From the NCBI GenBank assembly GCA_951406725.2, contig OX597825.1:14818001-14882000 (forward strand): DNA of 64,000 nucleotides, in the 5' to 3' direction. A program made the translations under genes and the position numbers. Below are positions 14,050 to 28,145 of the stretch, in pieces. The notes under the pieces are model-generated. The model was not told the DNA's origin. It ran no database searches and worked only from the letters and a program-made list of their open reading frames with translations. Positions within the stretch are counted from its first letter, which is position 1. Each line of letters begins with the position of its first letter. Source of the stretch: Octopus vulgaris (taxonomy: Eukaryota).

Positions 14050-14418
14050 GCATATGCATGTAAATATAGTTAGAAGTTGCTTCAAACAATTTCGTTAATG
14101 CACACACACCCGTAACATACAAAACGTACATATATTGAAACGGACAGTGGTAACGTGTGAACGAAACTCCTGTGGGTAATTCTCTGCATCAATGTTCTTC
14201 CAAATGGCTTTAAACTACAGAAAATGATAGGTAAAAATATAACTGTAAATAATCTTCCGCTATATCACAATATCAAGGCTGTCATTCCGTGAAAATTGAC
14301 CTAAGGGCCATGCAAAATTCAATTCGCATCACAGGCCCCTCAATAACTCTATACAGGAAATCAGAGATGAAAACTATAGGGTATTTCCGAGTCACTTATT
14401 GTAAACTACACACATTGC

Positions 14419-14585
14419 GTGTGGCTGAGAAGTTTTCTTTTCAACCGCATGGTTTCGTGCTTAGTTCAAGTGCGCAGTATCTTCTGCGAGTGTGTTTTAT
14501 AAAAACCCTTGCGATCGAATTTGGTAGACATAAACTTTGTAGAAGCCTTTTTGTATGTATATCATATGTGTGTGTGTGTGTATGT
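14419..14585 (+). mobile_element. Old, degenerate family-A-like SINE
   Basis: gtgtggctgagaagttttcttttcaaccgcatggtttcg...gaatttggtagacataaactttgtagaagcc aligns loosely to the family-A head. Confidence 0.6.
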
Positions 14586-15391
14586 TTCTCTTGGTTCGTC
14601 AAAAATTGGAATGTGAGATTGCTGTCATTTCCTACCTCACCCATACGGAGCCATGGAACAACTTTCTTTTAAGAATGAAACTAAATATGTATAGTTTGAG
14701 TGAATTATTCCGCGCAGAATGCATTTTGGGTGCCTTCATATTGTGTATTGTCATGTACTTGTTCAGAATCATTATTAATACAAATCCAAGCAATATACAA
14801 ACATTCTATCACGAATATATCTTGATGGAATTACGGTGCATAATATACACATTTTTTAAGGAACTCGTATCCATTTTAGTTTGTATCATCAGCACACCTT
14901 ATAAAGAAAGATATTTTCTGTGAGATTTAGTCATATAGCTCCACGTTTGTGATTTTAATTAGCGATCTAAATTTATTGATCGCTTTGATGTAGAAAATCT
15001 CTATTCAGAGTCATACTTTCGTAATTGACTAGATTTCTGCATTTACATATGTATAACTTATGTTCATGTTTTGTCTTGTGCTGCTGCAGCTAATATAGTT
15101 TCGAAAACACTCTTCCTGATGCATTCTGTCGGGAGTAATAGATATATTAATATAATATGCATTTTCTTCTAATACATATGTTGCGATCGATTTTCAGAGC
15201 ATTCTTTTTATACACAGCAATCGCTTACACGCCCGATCACGCATATGACCATATACATCTCGTTTAGAAATAGACGGCCTTCATATATATATATATATAC
15301 ATGTATACATACATACATGCATACTTACTTACATACATACATATACATAAACAAATACATATATATATATAAATATGTATATATATGTATG

Positions 15392-15444
<53 letters not shown>

Positions 15445-15512
15445 TTGTGTGTGTATGTTTACATATAAGTGTACGTACGCCGCTATTAATATATATATAT
15501 ATATATATATAT

Positions 15513-15775
15513 GGTTGAAATTTTCAGAAAACGAAGACAGGTGTAAAATCAACAAGCAAATGTATTAGCTTAACACTCAGGAAAGGTGAGTCTTTTACGT
15601 TTCGAGCCTCCGCATTTCAAGAGAAAGAAACACGAGTAGATAAACATATAGAGTATGAAAGAAATCTTTTGGAGCTAGTGGTCCATCATGACGGCTGGCT
15701 GGACAAAGGTAGTTAAACAGGCCAAACAAGGAAAAAGGGAGAAAATAAAGTACTCGTGATCCCAAAACGAAGGTA
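15513..15775 (-). mobile_element. Penelope-like fragment related to 12018 and 46522, next to (TA)n
   Basis: acgaagacaggtgtaaaatcaacaagcaaatgtattag...ctcaggaaa...gtcttttacgtttcgagcctccgc is shared with those copies. Confidence 0.65.
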
Positions 15776-15977
15776 TACGTGCTTGTATTTGAGTGTGTCT
15801 TTGTGTGCGTGTGTATACATGCATGTGTGTATGCATGCATGTATGCATATGTATACACAAATATATGTGTATGCATGTGTGTATGCATATATATATCTAT
15901 ATATGTATATATATATATATATATACATATATGTGTAATTTATATATGTGTGTGTATATAATTATATATGAATATAT

Positions 15978-16021
<44 letters not shown>

Positions 16022-16099
16022 TTGTATATATATGTATCTATAATTATATGTAATTATATATATATATGGATAGATAGATAAATAGATAGATAGACGGAT

Positions 16100-16145
<46 letters not shown>

Positions 16146-16935
16146 GGATGAACATTATTCGATATGGAATTGCTGTTTTCTTCCGATGATAATCTTTTAT
16201 TCATTGATAGCATGTATAATCCACCTACATTCGAGGATAATTTGGGTATTTTAGTAATATAATGCTACATACACTAGGGAATACTAACCGAGATTCAACA
16301 TGTAGTGATAACCTCTTTTTATGGAAATCGTGCAATAAATGTATGCTGCGTGTTCAGATAATTATTTACACCAAAAAGCTTTTGGAGAAACAAATCAGAA
16401 TCTAAGATACACATTTATATACATTATCAATACCTTTGATTATTCCTTTTTTTTTTTTTGCAAAGATACACTCATCCTTTATTGTATGCTTGTTTATTCT
16501 ACTACAAAATTTGTGAGAAGCGTGAACATCAAGTTATGAGTTTGAGTTGTTTATGTTACAGGGGTGATCCTTGTGAGTCGGTAATTATATGCCATATTGA
16601 ATAAAGATTATAGAACTCATTTGAATTATTTTCTCCTTCATAGAATATTCTTACCGGATAACTTTAAGGCTTCTCTATTCCATAAATAAACATTGACAGA
16701 ATACGTCTAGTTGAAGTTCTATTAAGAATGCTATCCGTGTAACGGGTAACGGATGGGTATATTGTCATCAGATTCACTATTGATCATCGATATCGAACGC
16801 ATTAAAATGTTTGCCAGCTATTCTGCAAGTGTGATACTTTTTAATATACCTAGATTGATTGTGGCAACACTTCTTTTTAGTAAACTCGTAAAAGTTAGAA
16901 TACTACAATGTGTCTTTGCAAACTATGTCCCATTT

Positions 16936-16982
<47 letters not shown>

Positions 16983-17053
16983 TCACACACAGAGACATAT
17001 ATACATATGCACACACATATATATTCTCATTCATACACATATATACATATATA

Positions 17054-17105
<52 letters not shown>

Positions 17106-19251
17106 GAGACATATATACATATGCACACACATATATATTCATACATATATATACATATACATATACATATATATATATATAAACATACATACATGACTGT
17201 GTATATATGTATATACATACGTGTGTGTGTGTGTGTGTGAGTGCTGTAATCTCAAGTTCCCTGATTTTATGAGATACACACAACAACATATCAAGTTCCT
17301 TGTATGTATAGCACATTTGTAATTAAGATGTTCAATCCGAAAATTCCACCAAGTAATGCACTAAAATTCTAGCTTTATTTCACTTTTGTATTTACTGGCC
17401 ATATATAACTTTGATAGGTCTCTTAACGTACCTACTCTGTCTCTTTGGGATTTGCAATAAAACATATGTATGTATGGACAGCAGGAAACCAGAGAAGCAA
17501 TGTACTTATCCCAATGCAGTTTCTAATCTTTCGACAGAAATCCATGTCAAAATTTTATGCTTAAATAACAAAAACTCTCAAATATATATCGTATACCTAC
17601 CTTAATTTAATGTGAGAAATGTTTAGTACCTTAATTTTTGAAAACTTTGACAATATCTGGTAACAGACAAGAAAGCGTACTAGAATAACACATTGCTACA
17701 ATAATCCTTTTCGTTGTTGATAGCACTTCAATCCAATCGAACGGGGAGTTTTTTATTAATGCCGATTATATGATAGAATCTATCTGACAAGAAATAACAA
17801 AAGAACAGATCATAAACAAGTTGTATAAGGTATACACATTGATTAAAATGTGAATACTTAATGTATTTCCGCTTTTGGATTTGCAGTTATGTGAAATATA
17901 TATAACCGTAGGGAAGCCTACGTGTGTGGGTGTGTTGTTCGTATCACGAGTCAAATATAGGGAGAATTTTAGGAGAAAAACGAAATCAAGCGCTGATTTA
18001 GCAAGTCTTTTGATCCTAAGAATTCATCCAATGGAAGATGAGTCAAAAACTTTTATTCTGCTATACAGCATACCGCAATTTCACATTTTAATTGAATTAA
18101 CGAAACGTTATAACTGGATGAAATAAATCATCGAACAAAAAACCAATCAAAAAGAAAATGCTAACCGCATTTTGTTTACCTAATCATGTTCCCTGTACAA
18201 ACATGTAAACATTGTAATATCTTTATAGTTATTTCTATATTTATGCAGAGTTTATATGTTGTGATCCTCTGCTAAAACGTTTATCATCAGTTTGTTTTAT
18301 GACTGTAGAAAAATAATAATGTTTAACCAATATTAAACGCGATTTATAAGCATATCATCATAGAACAGATTTATATATTTTGTTTACGATAACGTATTAA
18401 GATTATGGTTTGTTTTATATTTTTCACGAATGAAAACGTATAGATCTTGAAGCATTCTGCACAATGTACATAGAAGAAAATAAATAGATCCGTCCTTTCA
18501 CTAGGTAGTAATTGTTTTCAGTATCCTTGCAATGTAGACATCAAAAGGACAAAAAAAAAAGGGATAAAAAATGAAAAGATAACAAGGATTTAAAAAAAGG
18601 AAAACAGAATCTCTGTGGTTTTTGTCTTTGAAAAACAATACAAAGGGAATTTTCGTTAATAATAATATATTATAAAAACATCTTTTGATGAGATAGGAGA
18701 GTCCTTTTCTTTTGTTATTTTTTGTAGACTCCCTTAAAACAGAATTTATAAAGGGTATATATCTATAACAATATTGGAAGGTGTTGCGTTATACGGAACG
18801 GTGTTTGCCTCAAAGACAATTTTCTAAAGTAATGATGGTCTTCGTAAATGCTTCGAATTATTCTTCAAAGTGAGCCGATGTTAATACAGTAAATATTTAT
18901 ATTAAATACACTTGTTTATGTATTCTGATATTGTTATATTTATCAACCATGATTCTTACATTCGTACAATCACGTTATTCTTCTTTCTCATTCTACTACA
19001 ATAAATGGATATCATGCTGAGAAACATGGAAACGTACAGATTTACATGCAGGTTCATGTGATTTACGTGTTGGTCTGTGGTTGTGTATATGTATGGTAGT
19101 GACTCCATGGGTCACACATGAGGTATTTGGTTGTCCGACAGAGAGAAATTCTCATTCTAGTACGTTTCTCAGTTTCGTAAATTTACGTGTAAGCGTCAAA
19201 TAATTATCGGTCGAACAACGTGCTGCGGTTGGACATTCGAAGTATAGCTAT

Positions 19252-19511
<260 letters not shown>

Positions 19512-19871
19512 AGTCTGATAAGTTTATATCTCAGTCAAATTGAAATCTTAGAATGTGTGGAAATGTAAACAAATATTTTCAGATTCTACAAAGTAATCGC
19601 AGTAAATGAAGCCCAAAACCTGAGGCATAGTCCTGTGGGTTTGGGCCCTAACGTTATTACTATTATCTGAAATTGGGCACAACTTGTATCAGCTAGAAAC
19701 CTCATCATGGTGAATGATAAGTACATTATGTCAAAGGAATCCATTCATCATTCAAGAATTAAATCCTCATTTTCGACACTAGAAATGATAACGGAAGGAA
19801 AAACAAAAAAATGAAGATCGCATTCACATTGCCATTCCGTATGATAGGAATTTATACAATAAGGTAACCAT

Positions 19872-20145
19872 AGGCGTAGGATTAGCTGTGTGGTAATTAG
19901 CTTGCTTACCAACCACATGGTTCCGGGTTCAGTCCCACTGCGTGGCACCTTGGGCAAGTGTCTTCTACTATAGCCTCGGGCAGACCAAAGCCTTGTGAGT
20001 GGATTTGGTAGACGGAAACTGAGAGAAGCCCGTCGTATATATGTAGATATATATATGTATGTGTGTATATGTATGTGTGTATATGTTTGTGTGTCTGTGT
20101 TTGTACCCCCAACATCGCTTGACAACCGATGCTGGTGTGTTTACG
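19872..20145 (+). mobile_element. Family-A SINE, 3'-truncated
   Basis: ggcgtaggattagctgtgtggtaattagcttgcttaccaaccacatggttccgggttcagtcccactgcgtggcaccttgggcaagtg...gatgctggtgtgtttacg. Confidence 0.9.
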
Positions 20146-20955
20146 CTTAAGAAACTTTTTATTGTACAGTAAATATAATCTACAATAATAATAATAATAT
20201 ATATAAATGTTTGTATGTGTGTGTGTATATTAATTTCTTTGATATATATATTTCTTACATATATACTTAAATATACACACATACGCGTATATAATTTAAG
20301 TACTGTTATAATAAAAATAATTATTTCATCATCAATATCTGACGCAGTATTCCTGTTTTTAAGGATGCCACGAAAGGCCCGACAGAAGGTCCTACCCTCG
20401 TATTTCTTTTACAGAGCTTAAGAAAATAGGACATCTGCAGTAAGTGTATGAACCTGACTATGTTGAATGACATCATTTTACTTACAGATCGTCCTGTATT
20501 ATCTTTTACCCAGAGCCAGGAAATTTCCAGCCCCTACTTGTATACGTTCATGAATTTTTACAGAATACCTTTTGAAACACTATAGATCAGTGAAGTATAT
20601 CGTGGTATAATTGAAGCCATACTAATCAGCCATTAGTGTTACCTCATCAATCCTTTTTATGCAGGATACTACATATATCTAAGCCTTTCACTCAATTTAA
20701 CCATCTATTTTATTTTTTTCAACATAATGTCTATATTCCCCAGACTGCATATCTACAGACATTGACGTTATTTCACAAATGTTACTTAAGAATCAGCTAA
20801 AAATCTCATACAGACGATAGTATATCATCGAAACAAAAATACAATAAAAAGTATTTCACTAAAAACTTTAAAAGTTTATTCAGGCGAAGTATGAAATATC
20901 ATTGCTGTATTTGCCCTGACGCACACCTACTTAATCATGTACATTTGTACGTGAA

Positions 20956-20993
<38 letters not shown>

Positions 20994-22664
20994 CTCACTC
21001 ACGTACATGTGTGCGTGTGTGTGTATATATGTGTGTGTATATATATATGTATGTATGCATGTATGTATATATATATATTGATATATAGATATATAGATGG
21101 ACGGATAGATGCGTAGATAGATAGGTATACACATGTGCCTATATATCCAGGTATATATACAGACACATATACGTCTGTATACGTGCGTGTGTATGTGTGA
21201 GTGTGTGTACACACATACACACACACACACATATATATATATCTATACATAGGAACGCTTAAACACGCATGTGTATATTTTATGCGTAATATAACCAAAC
21301 AGGCAGACATATGCATATATGCGTGTATGTGTGTGCTTGTGTGTGTGTGTGTGTGGTCGAAAATGCTGCACCAAATGTATATAAGAATGCTATATACGTA
21401 CCTACATCATTTGCCGATGAAACCACTTTGAAGAATACTGCCAAAACCTTTCTAAAATTACCATCAATATTTGATGTCGTACATTATCAAAATAGCTTTT
21501 AAACACACCTAGATATGCCAGGAACTAAAATCCTCTAACATTTTGCAAACATTCTCTCTGTAATCTTTGATTGCTGGAGCTTTTGAAACTGTCCGTACCA
21601 TATCCGTCAAAGTATATTATTCTTTATGAAATTTCTTCCTTATTTTTATTTGCCTATGTATACACTTAAAATTCCGTGATTACTTTGTAAATGAACGCTG
21701 ACAAAATTCAAAAGCTTTCCTATGCATTCGTCAATTATCCCACTTCTTGCTATCGTGTTGTCACTCTATTTAATTTCGTTTTACATATTGGAAGTATGAA
21801 GTAAATATTGTTCATTGCTTGGACATATTCAATGGGAAATACACATTAACAAACATGTCTAAATCTTAGATTAAAAAAAAAACCCATTTCAACTCAAGAA
21901 AGAAAAATAAGAGCACATAATCAATGAAATGGAATTCCAAGCTCGTACGGAAATACAGAGGAGGAAAATTAATGTATATGGATTTTTGAAGTCTTCAGAC
22001 ATCTACATGAATTTTTGTTTAATCAGAATAAGGGGCTATTTTGTTAAGCAACCATCATTAAAGACATATGTTATATATCACAAAACTTATATAAATGATG
22101 TACCATCAATATCATAGTTTGTCACATATACTGAAATTTATGTTCCCTACGTAATCGGTTCTGTCCTTAAGAATTATTGTTTCCTTTAAATAAAGCCCGA
22201 ATAAATCTTCTAAGTAATAAGGTTTTGTTGGTCCTGTAGTATTCAAAAAGAAGTAAAATTGCTTAAAGCTGTAATAAGAAACTCCGTTTTTCCTGTGTTC
22301 AGGCAATTGCAAAGCTTGGAGTTAGGTCCTTTCGCTCGTTAGCAGGACACAAACAACGAATGCCTGCTACCTTTTTACGATATCACTGGCTGGAGGTTTC
22401 ATTGATGCTCGATGTAGCATACACTGTTCTGCTGTCGGTCGCTAATGGTAAACAACTTGGTGAAATCACAGGAGATCCCAGTGGCATCCGCTAACGCGGA
22501 CGGAATTTGACCAACGGATATTATTCGTGCCTTTTAGTGTATGTCGTCTGCACAAGATGATAGCTTGGAACATTTAGCATATGGTAACGCGTTAGAGAAT
22601 GACGCAACAAAATGAGGTTGGATGTACTAATTATATATATATATATATATATATATTTTTGCAT

Positions 22665-22890
22665 TCTTGCCTTTTGTTATTTCAGTCGTTGGACTGCGGC
22701 CACACTATGGCACCGTCTTGAAGAATTTTTTGTAGAAATTATTATTATTATTTCTCCTTTTTTTTGCCAAGACTGATACATATTCTAAAAGACTCTTTTT
22801 CTGGACAGCTAATTTATGGAAATGTAAACACACCAACACGTTGTGAAACGGGGTGGGGGGGCATACATAGACACAAAGATACACGCACAC
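22665..22890 (-). mobile_element. Degenerate family-A SINE 3' half
   Basis: tttcagtcgttggactgcggccacactatggcaccgtc...gtaaacacaccaacacgttgtgaaacg is the reverse complement of the family-A tail. Confidence 0.6.
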
Positions 22891-22965
22891 ACATCTGTAT
22901 ATGTGTGGGGTTTATGTATATATGTATTTATATATGCATGTATGCATTTACAAATGTATATATGC

Positions 22966-23020
<55 letters not shown>

Positions 23021-23028
23021 CATATATA

Positions 23029-23146
23029 TTGGCCTGCTCGCTTAGCCAGCGGGGTGGCGTCATTTAAAGGCTAAAACAATGCGAAGCGCATTGTGACCAG
23101 CGATGTGTAGCAACATCTGATAGCCTGGTTGGTCACGGTGATCGGC
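23029..23146 (+). mobile_element. Isolated LINE-like 3' tail module (same as the tail of the SINE at 62610) inserted in (TA)n
   Basis: ttggcctgctcgcttagccagcggggtggcgtcattt.aaggctaaaacaatgcgaagcgcattgtgaccag is nearly identical to 62801-62913. Confidence 0.85.
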
Positions 23147-23732
23147 GATATATATATATATATACACACATGTTTGTATGTGTATGCATTGGTTTATTTG
23201 TAAGCTTGCATAATTTTTTCTTTGAATTTCAATAATATTATTTGCAAAACTCTTTAATCTTAAGAGGCATCTACAATTTTTCTTTACAACCCAGTAGAAT
23301 ATTTTAAACACAAAATTCATTTAATCAGATTATGAATAATATTCTGTAGGCTTTTGATCATCGTTCATGACCATTGTAAGTCCCATTTCGTATTTTTGCT
23401 GATATTCACATCAATAGAAACATTTCATATTCTGATGATTGCATATTTCAGTTCGTAGAACTCTCATGTTCCTCCCTAAGGGTAGACATTGAGATGAACT
23501 CTGTAGAAGAAGTAGCATTCATCTCCAAATAAACTCGAAGGATCCAATTAATTTCAAATTAAGAATTATACAACTAATGGCAAATTCAAATTTGTTTGAA
23601 ATTGTTTCGAAGCAACAGATCATAACTATAATTACATACAAAGAAATGCAATATCTGAATGCATTTCGAAGCCTTAAGAAATACGCTTAAGAAACTCGCA
23701 CAAATCTATTTAAACTGCTTTATGTATATATA

Positions 23733-23788
<56 letters not shown>

Positions 23789-23821
23789 TAGCTTGATATA
23801 TGTATGGGCTTCTGAATATAT

Positions 23822-23858
<37 letters not shown>

Positions 23859-24822
23859 CATATATATATATATATATATGTATGTATTGTATATATAGTG
23901 AGAAGAACCGATATTATTTAAGAAAAAGTTTCTATAATTTCAAGATTTTATCTTATTAATATTAATCTTTCAAATTTTGCTGCGCTGAAATCTAAATTAG
24001 GTTTTTCGTAGCCTAATGATATCAATTCCTTATGGGATCTAATGAATATTCCAAAATTTATTCGGCTTCATTCACGGATTAGAATTATATAACCTGCGCA
24101 GATATTGCACCAATTTTTCAAGTTACCTTAATAGTTTAATTCTTTCATATTTACTTATATGAGTTGCGAGTGCATTGGTACAAAGAGTGCAACACAAATT
24201 TCTGTTTATACTTACGCTACTCTTAGGTTTCAATGAAATATATTTATTAACTATACTTAAATAATCATTATATTGTGAACAACGCTTGTTTTCCGGGAAA
24301 TGGAAAACATTTTCGATGCGCCATTTGAATAAGAATATCAAGATATTTTTCTCTGCAAATAATTGTTCCAATCAAAGTCACATTTCTATATAGAATGGAG
24401 AAATCTTTCGTCACAATTCCCCCCAAAATTTGAATTTCTGAAAATGAATTATCAACTGATCGCTTAGATGCTACACATATTTTTTTCCTCAATCAGATAT
24501 CACCATATATTACGCACGAACCTTGTGTATTTGACCTCAAATAAAATTTATTTAGTTACTATGAAATCTGTGCCCAAAATACAAAACCGATGTATTAAAA
24601 AATATTCAAATCGCAGTTTATATATGTATTAAGAAAGCATCGCGCAGTGAAACGTTATCAGTGTCTCTTTTACCACATACAACGGTACCAACTTGTACCA
24701 CTTTTCCACATCGATGACCAACTACACCGGCACAGCTACCACCATCACCATCATCCTTAGCATCAACAACAACAATAGCGGCATTATATTTATCACTCTC
24801 TTTATCAACAACTTTATATTAT

Positions 24823-25415
24823 CTATTTCTTTACTACACAGAAGGAGCTAAACACAGAGAAGACAAACAAGGACAGGCAAACGGATGAAGTCGATTATGT
24901 CGACCCCAGTGCGTAACTAGTACTTATTTAATCGACCCCGAAAGGATGAAAGGTAAAGTCGATCTCGGCGGAATTTGAACTCAGAACATAGCGGCAGACG
25001 ACATACCTATTTCTTTACTACCCAGAAGGGGCTAAACACAGAGAGGACAAACAAAGACAGACGAACGGATCAAGTCGATTACATCGACCCTAGTGCGTAA
25101 CTGGTACTTATTTAATCGACCCCGATTAAAAGCAAAGGATGAAAAGCAAAGTCGACCTCGGCGGAATTTGAACTCAGAACATAGCAGCAGACGACATACC
25201 TATTTCTTTACTACCCAGAAGGGGCTAAACACAGAGAGGACAAACAAGGACAGACGAACGGATCAAGTCGATTACATCGACCCTAGTGCGTAACTGGTAC
25301 TTATTTAATCGACCCCGATTAAAAGCAAAGTCGACCTCGGCGGAATTTGAACTCAGAACGTAGCTGCAGACGAAATACCGCTAAGCATTTCACCTGGCGT
25401 GCTAACTTTTCTGCC
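24823..25415 (-). mobile_element. Family-B SINE with triplicated body (one head, three tandem body/tail units)
   Basis: Units of ~185-215 bp start at ctatttctttactac (24823, ~25007, ~25200); head remnant gcgtgctaacttttctgcca at the right end. Confidence 0.9.
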
Positions 25416-25885
25416 ATTATCGTCATCTCATTATCGCCAGCTGTACCCTTATTAGCAATAGTTGCAACTTTACAATAATTGTTATCTCATTCATTCTCTG
25501 AGGGAATAAACAAAAACAGAAATCATTGATATTCTAACAAATTATTATTCTTGAACTCATTATATAGTTTGAAATCCAGCGAAGTGTTTGTTATGAAAAT
25601 AATGATTACTTTCCATTATTCAAGAGGGAGATAGACATGAACGATGTTTCGGTATATTTCAGGTGTACGTACGAAAGAAATAATTTCTTTGTGTAATGTT
25701 CTATTACGTTTTGGTATTTATAACAAATATTCTGCTAGAAATTCTATTGAGCATCAGGTGCACACAAATATTTATAATAATAATAAAGATTAAATATTTC
25801 TTGGTGAGTTCTTAACAATTGTATATCCGTTTGATTCCGATTCATTAAAGATAATTTCCTCAATGATATTAGATTTTCTGTTGAA

Positions 25886-26299
25886 GGCGGCGAGCTGGCA
25901 GAAACGTTTGCACGCCAAGCAATATGCTTAGCGATATTTCGTCTGTCGCTACGTTCCTAGTTCAAATTCCGCCGAGGTCGACTTTGCCTTTCCTCCTCTC
26001 GGGGTCGATTAAATAATTACCAGTTATGCACTGGGGTCGATATAATCGACTTAATACGTTCGTCTGTCCTTGTTCGTCCTCTCTGTGTTTAGCCCCCTGT
26101 AGGTAGTAAAGAAATAGGTATTTCGTCTGCCCCTACGTTCTGAGTTCAAATTCCACCGAGGTCGACTTTGTCTTTCATCCTTTCGGGGTCGATAAATTAA
26201 GTACCAGTTACGCACTTTGGTCTATGTAATCAACTTAATCCATGTGTCTGTCCTTGTTTGTCCCCTCTATGTTTAGCCCCTTGTGGGCAGTAAAGAAAT
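25886..26299 (+). mobile_element. Family-B SINE with duplicated body and 19-bp TSD
   Basis: ggcggcgagctggcagaaacg head, two body units; TSD atattagattttctgttga (25866-25884) vs atattaaattttctgtgga (26301-26319). Confidence 0.92.
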
Positions 26300-27602
26300 C
26301 ATATTAAATTTTCTGTGGACTAAAAACTACAGAATTGACAAAACACTTTAGTGTAGACTTTTCTATATCAAGTATAATATGTTCAGCTTGTAATTTCTCC
26401 TTTCCCAAGAAATATCTGTTGTACCGTGGGAACGAACGCTAAGAATACTCAGCGGTATATTTCAAACACTACTAATACATCAATTAGTAAAACTGACTTT
26501 TATATAAGTAAATACCCACATTAATAAAGAAGGTGAATTAGGCCCAGAACTTTATATTGCAATACTTAACTTAAGATTTTGACCGATCAAATGAATGTGT
26601 ACCCTCTAAAATGTGGAGTACCTAAAGCGTTCATCAAAATCAGAACAAAACAAAGTTACCTGAGCTCACATACCTACCTCACGTATATGAATGCTTTATC
26701 TTTTGACATGTAATTCTTGGAATTAAGATGGTCAAATATTAACGTAACGGTGATTCTTACATCATCTCTCCTATGAGACAAACTTAGATTCCGATTATAA
26801 AAAGTACAATTACAAGAATCAGACAGCAATGAAAGATTTCCAAGACTATAGACATTTCAACTAGACGTATGTTGATTATATAGTTGAAATACTATCATAT
26901 AAATCAAATTCTTACGAATAAGATCAATTGCATGGGTGTTCGCTTGAATTTCAATACAGTATGTAGGCTTCTTTAAATCATAATTGTGAGGTGGTAATTA
27001 TCTTCCATGTATATAGTGGAAGTGTTATGATATTAACTAATGTTGTAAAATATAATTGATAGTTACTGCATGTAATAATGCTCCAAATTTAACAGGGGTA
27101 ATTTCTGAATTAATTTTTCATATTCATATGATCTGTATTCCCTGCTGGACCCACAAAAGGACAGAATTTAATCAGTTAAATTTAGAGATTAGTCATATAA
27201 CATTACATAGACAGTTTAATCATGCTGGGTATATACAGGTTCCCACAGATATGTGTGTGTGCAAGTGTGCGTATGAGTGCTTGTATGTTATCTTCTGTTT
27301 TTAACTACCTAAATTCTTCCGCTGAAGAAGTATCTGGTTTCTAACAAATACACAAAACTTCGTCGTTTAAATGTAAATTAGAAAAGAATGCAACTTAAAT
27401 TTGAGAAAATTCTTGCACATTTTTACTGTTCCACTTACAGGTTGTATTTCTAAAGTGTGAATTGGTTTATTTATTTTTAGTGAAACCTAGGCCTATCCAG
27501 ACTGTCACTTAGGAATTTACTCACAAAACCAAGGGCACCAATTATTATTGGTATAAATATGAATTTATATTCTGGACATAATTCCTGGAGATTCCGAAGC
27601 AG

Positions 27603-28145
27603 TTGTCCTTAGGCCTGAAAATTCATCGACACCAATGCGTAACTGGTACTTATTTCATTCACCCTGAAATGATGAAAGGCAAAATCGACCTCGGCAGAAT
27701 TTGAACTCAGAACGTAGCGGCAGACGAAATACCTATTTGTTTACTACCCACAAGGAGCTAAACACAGATGGGACGAACAGGGACAGACAAACGGATGAAG
27801 TCGATTATATCTACATCAGTGCGTAACTGGTACTTATTTAATCGATCCCGAAAGGATGAAAGGCAAAGTCGACCTGCGCGGAATTTGAACTCAGAACGTT
27901 TCGACGGTCGAAATACCTATTTCTATAACTACCCACAAGGGGCTAAACACAGAGAGTATAAACAAGGACAGACAAACGGATTAAGTCGATTATATCGACC
28001 CCAGTGCGTAACTGGTACTTAATTTATCGACCCCGAAAGGATGAAAGGCAAAGTCGACGTCGGCGGAATTTGAACTCAGAACGTAGCGGCAGACGAAATA
28101 CCGTTAACCATTTTGCCCGCCTAAAGTTTCTTCCAGCTTGCCGTC
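27603..28145 (-). mobile_element. Family-B SINE multimer (about three body units)
   Basis: Repeated gcgtaactggtactta...gatgaaaggcaaagtcgacc...gaatttgaactcagaacg blocks; head ccagcttgccgtc at the right end. Confidence 0.88.

Noticed and set aside
22320-22620. GC-richer island as a possible exon or ncRNA
   Set aside because: No splice-bounded open frame and no recognisable RNA motif on either strand.
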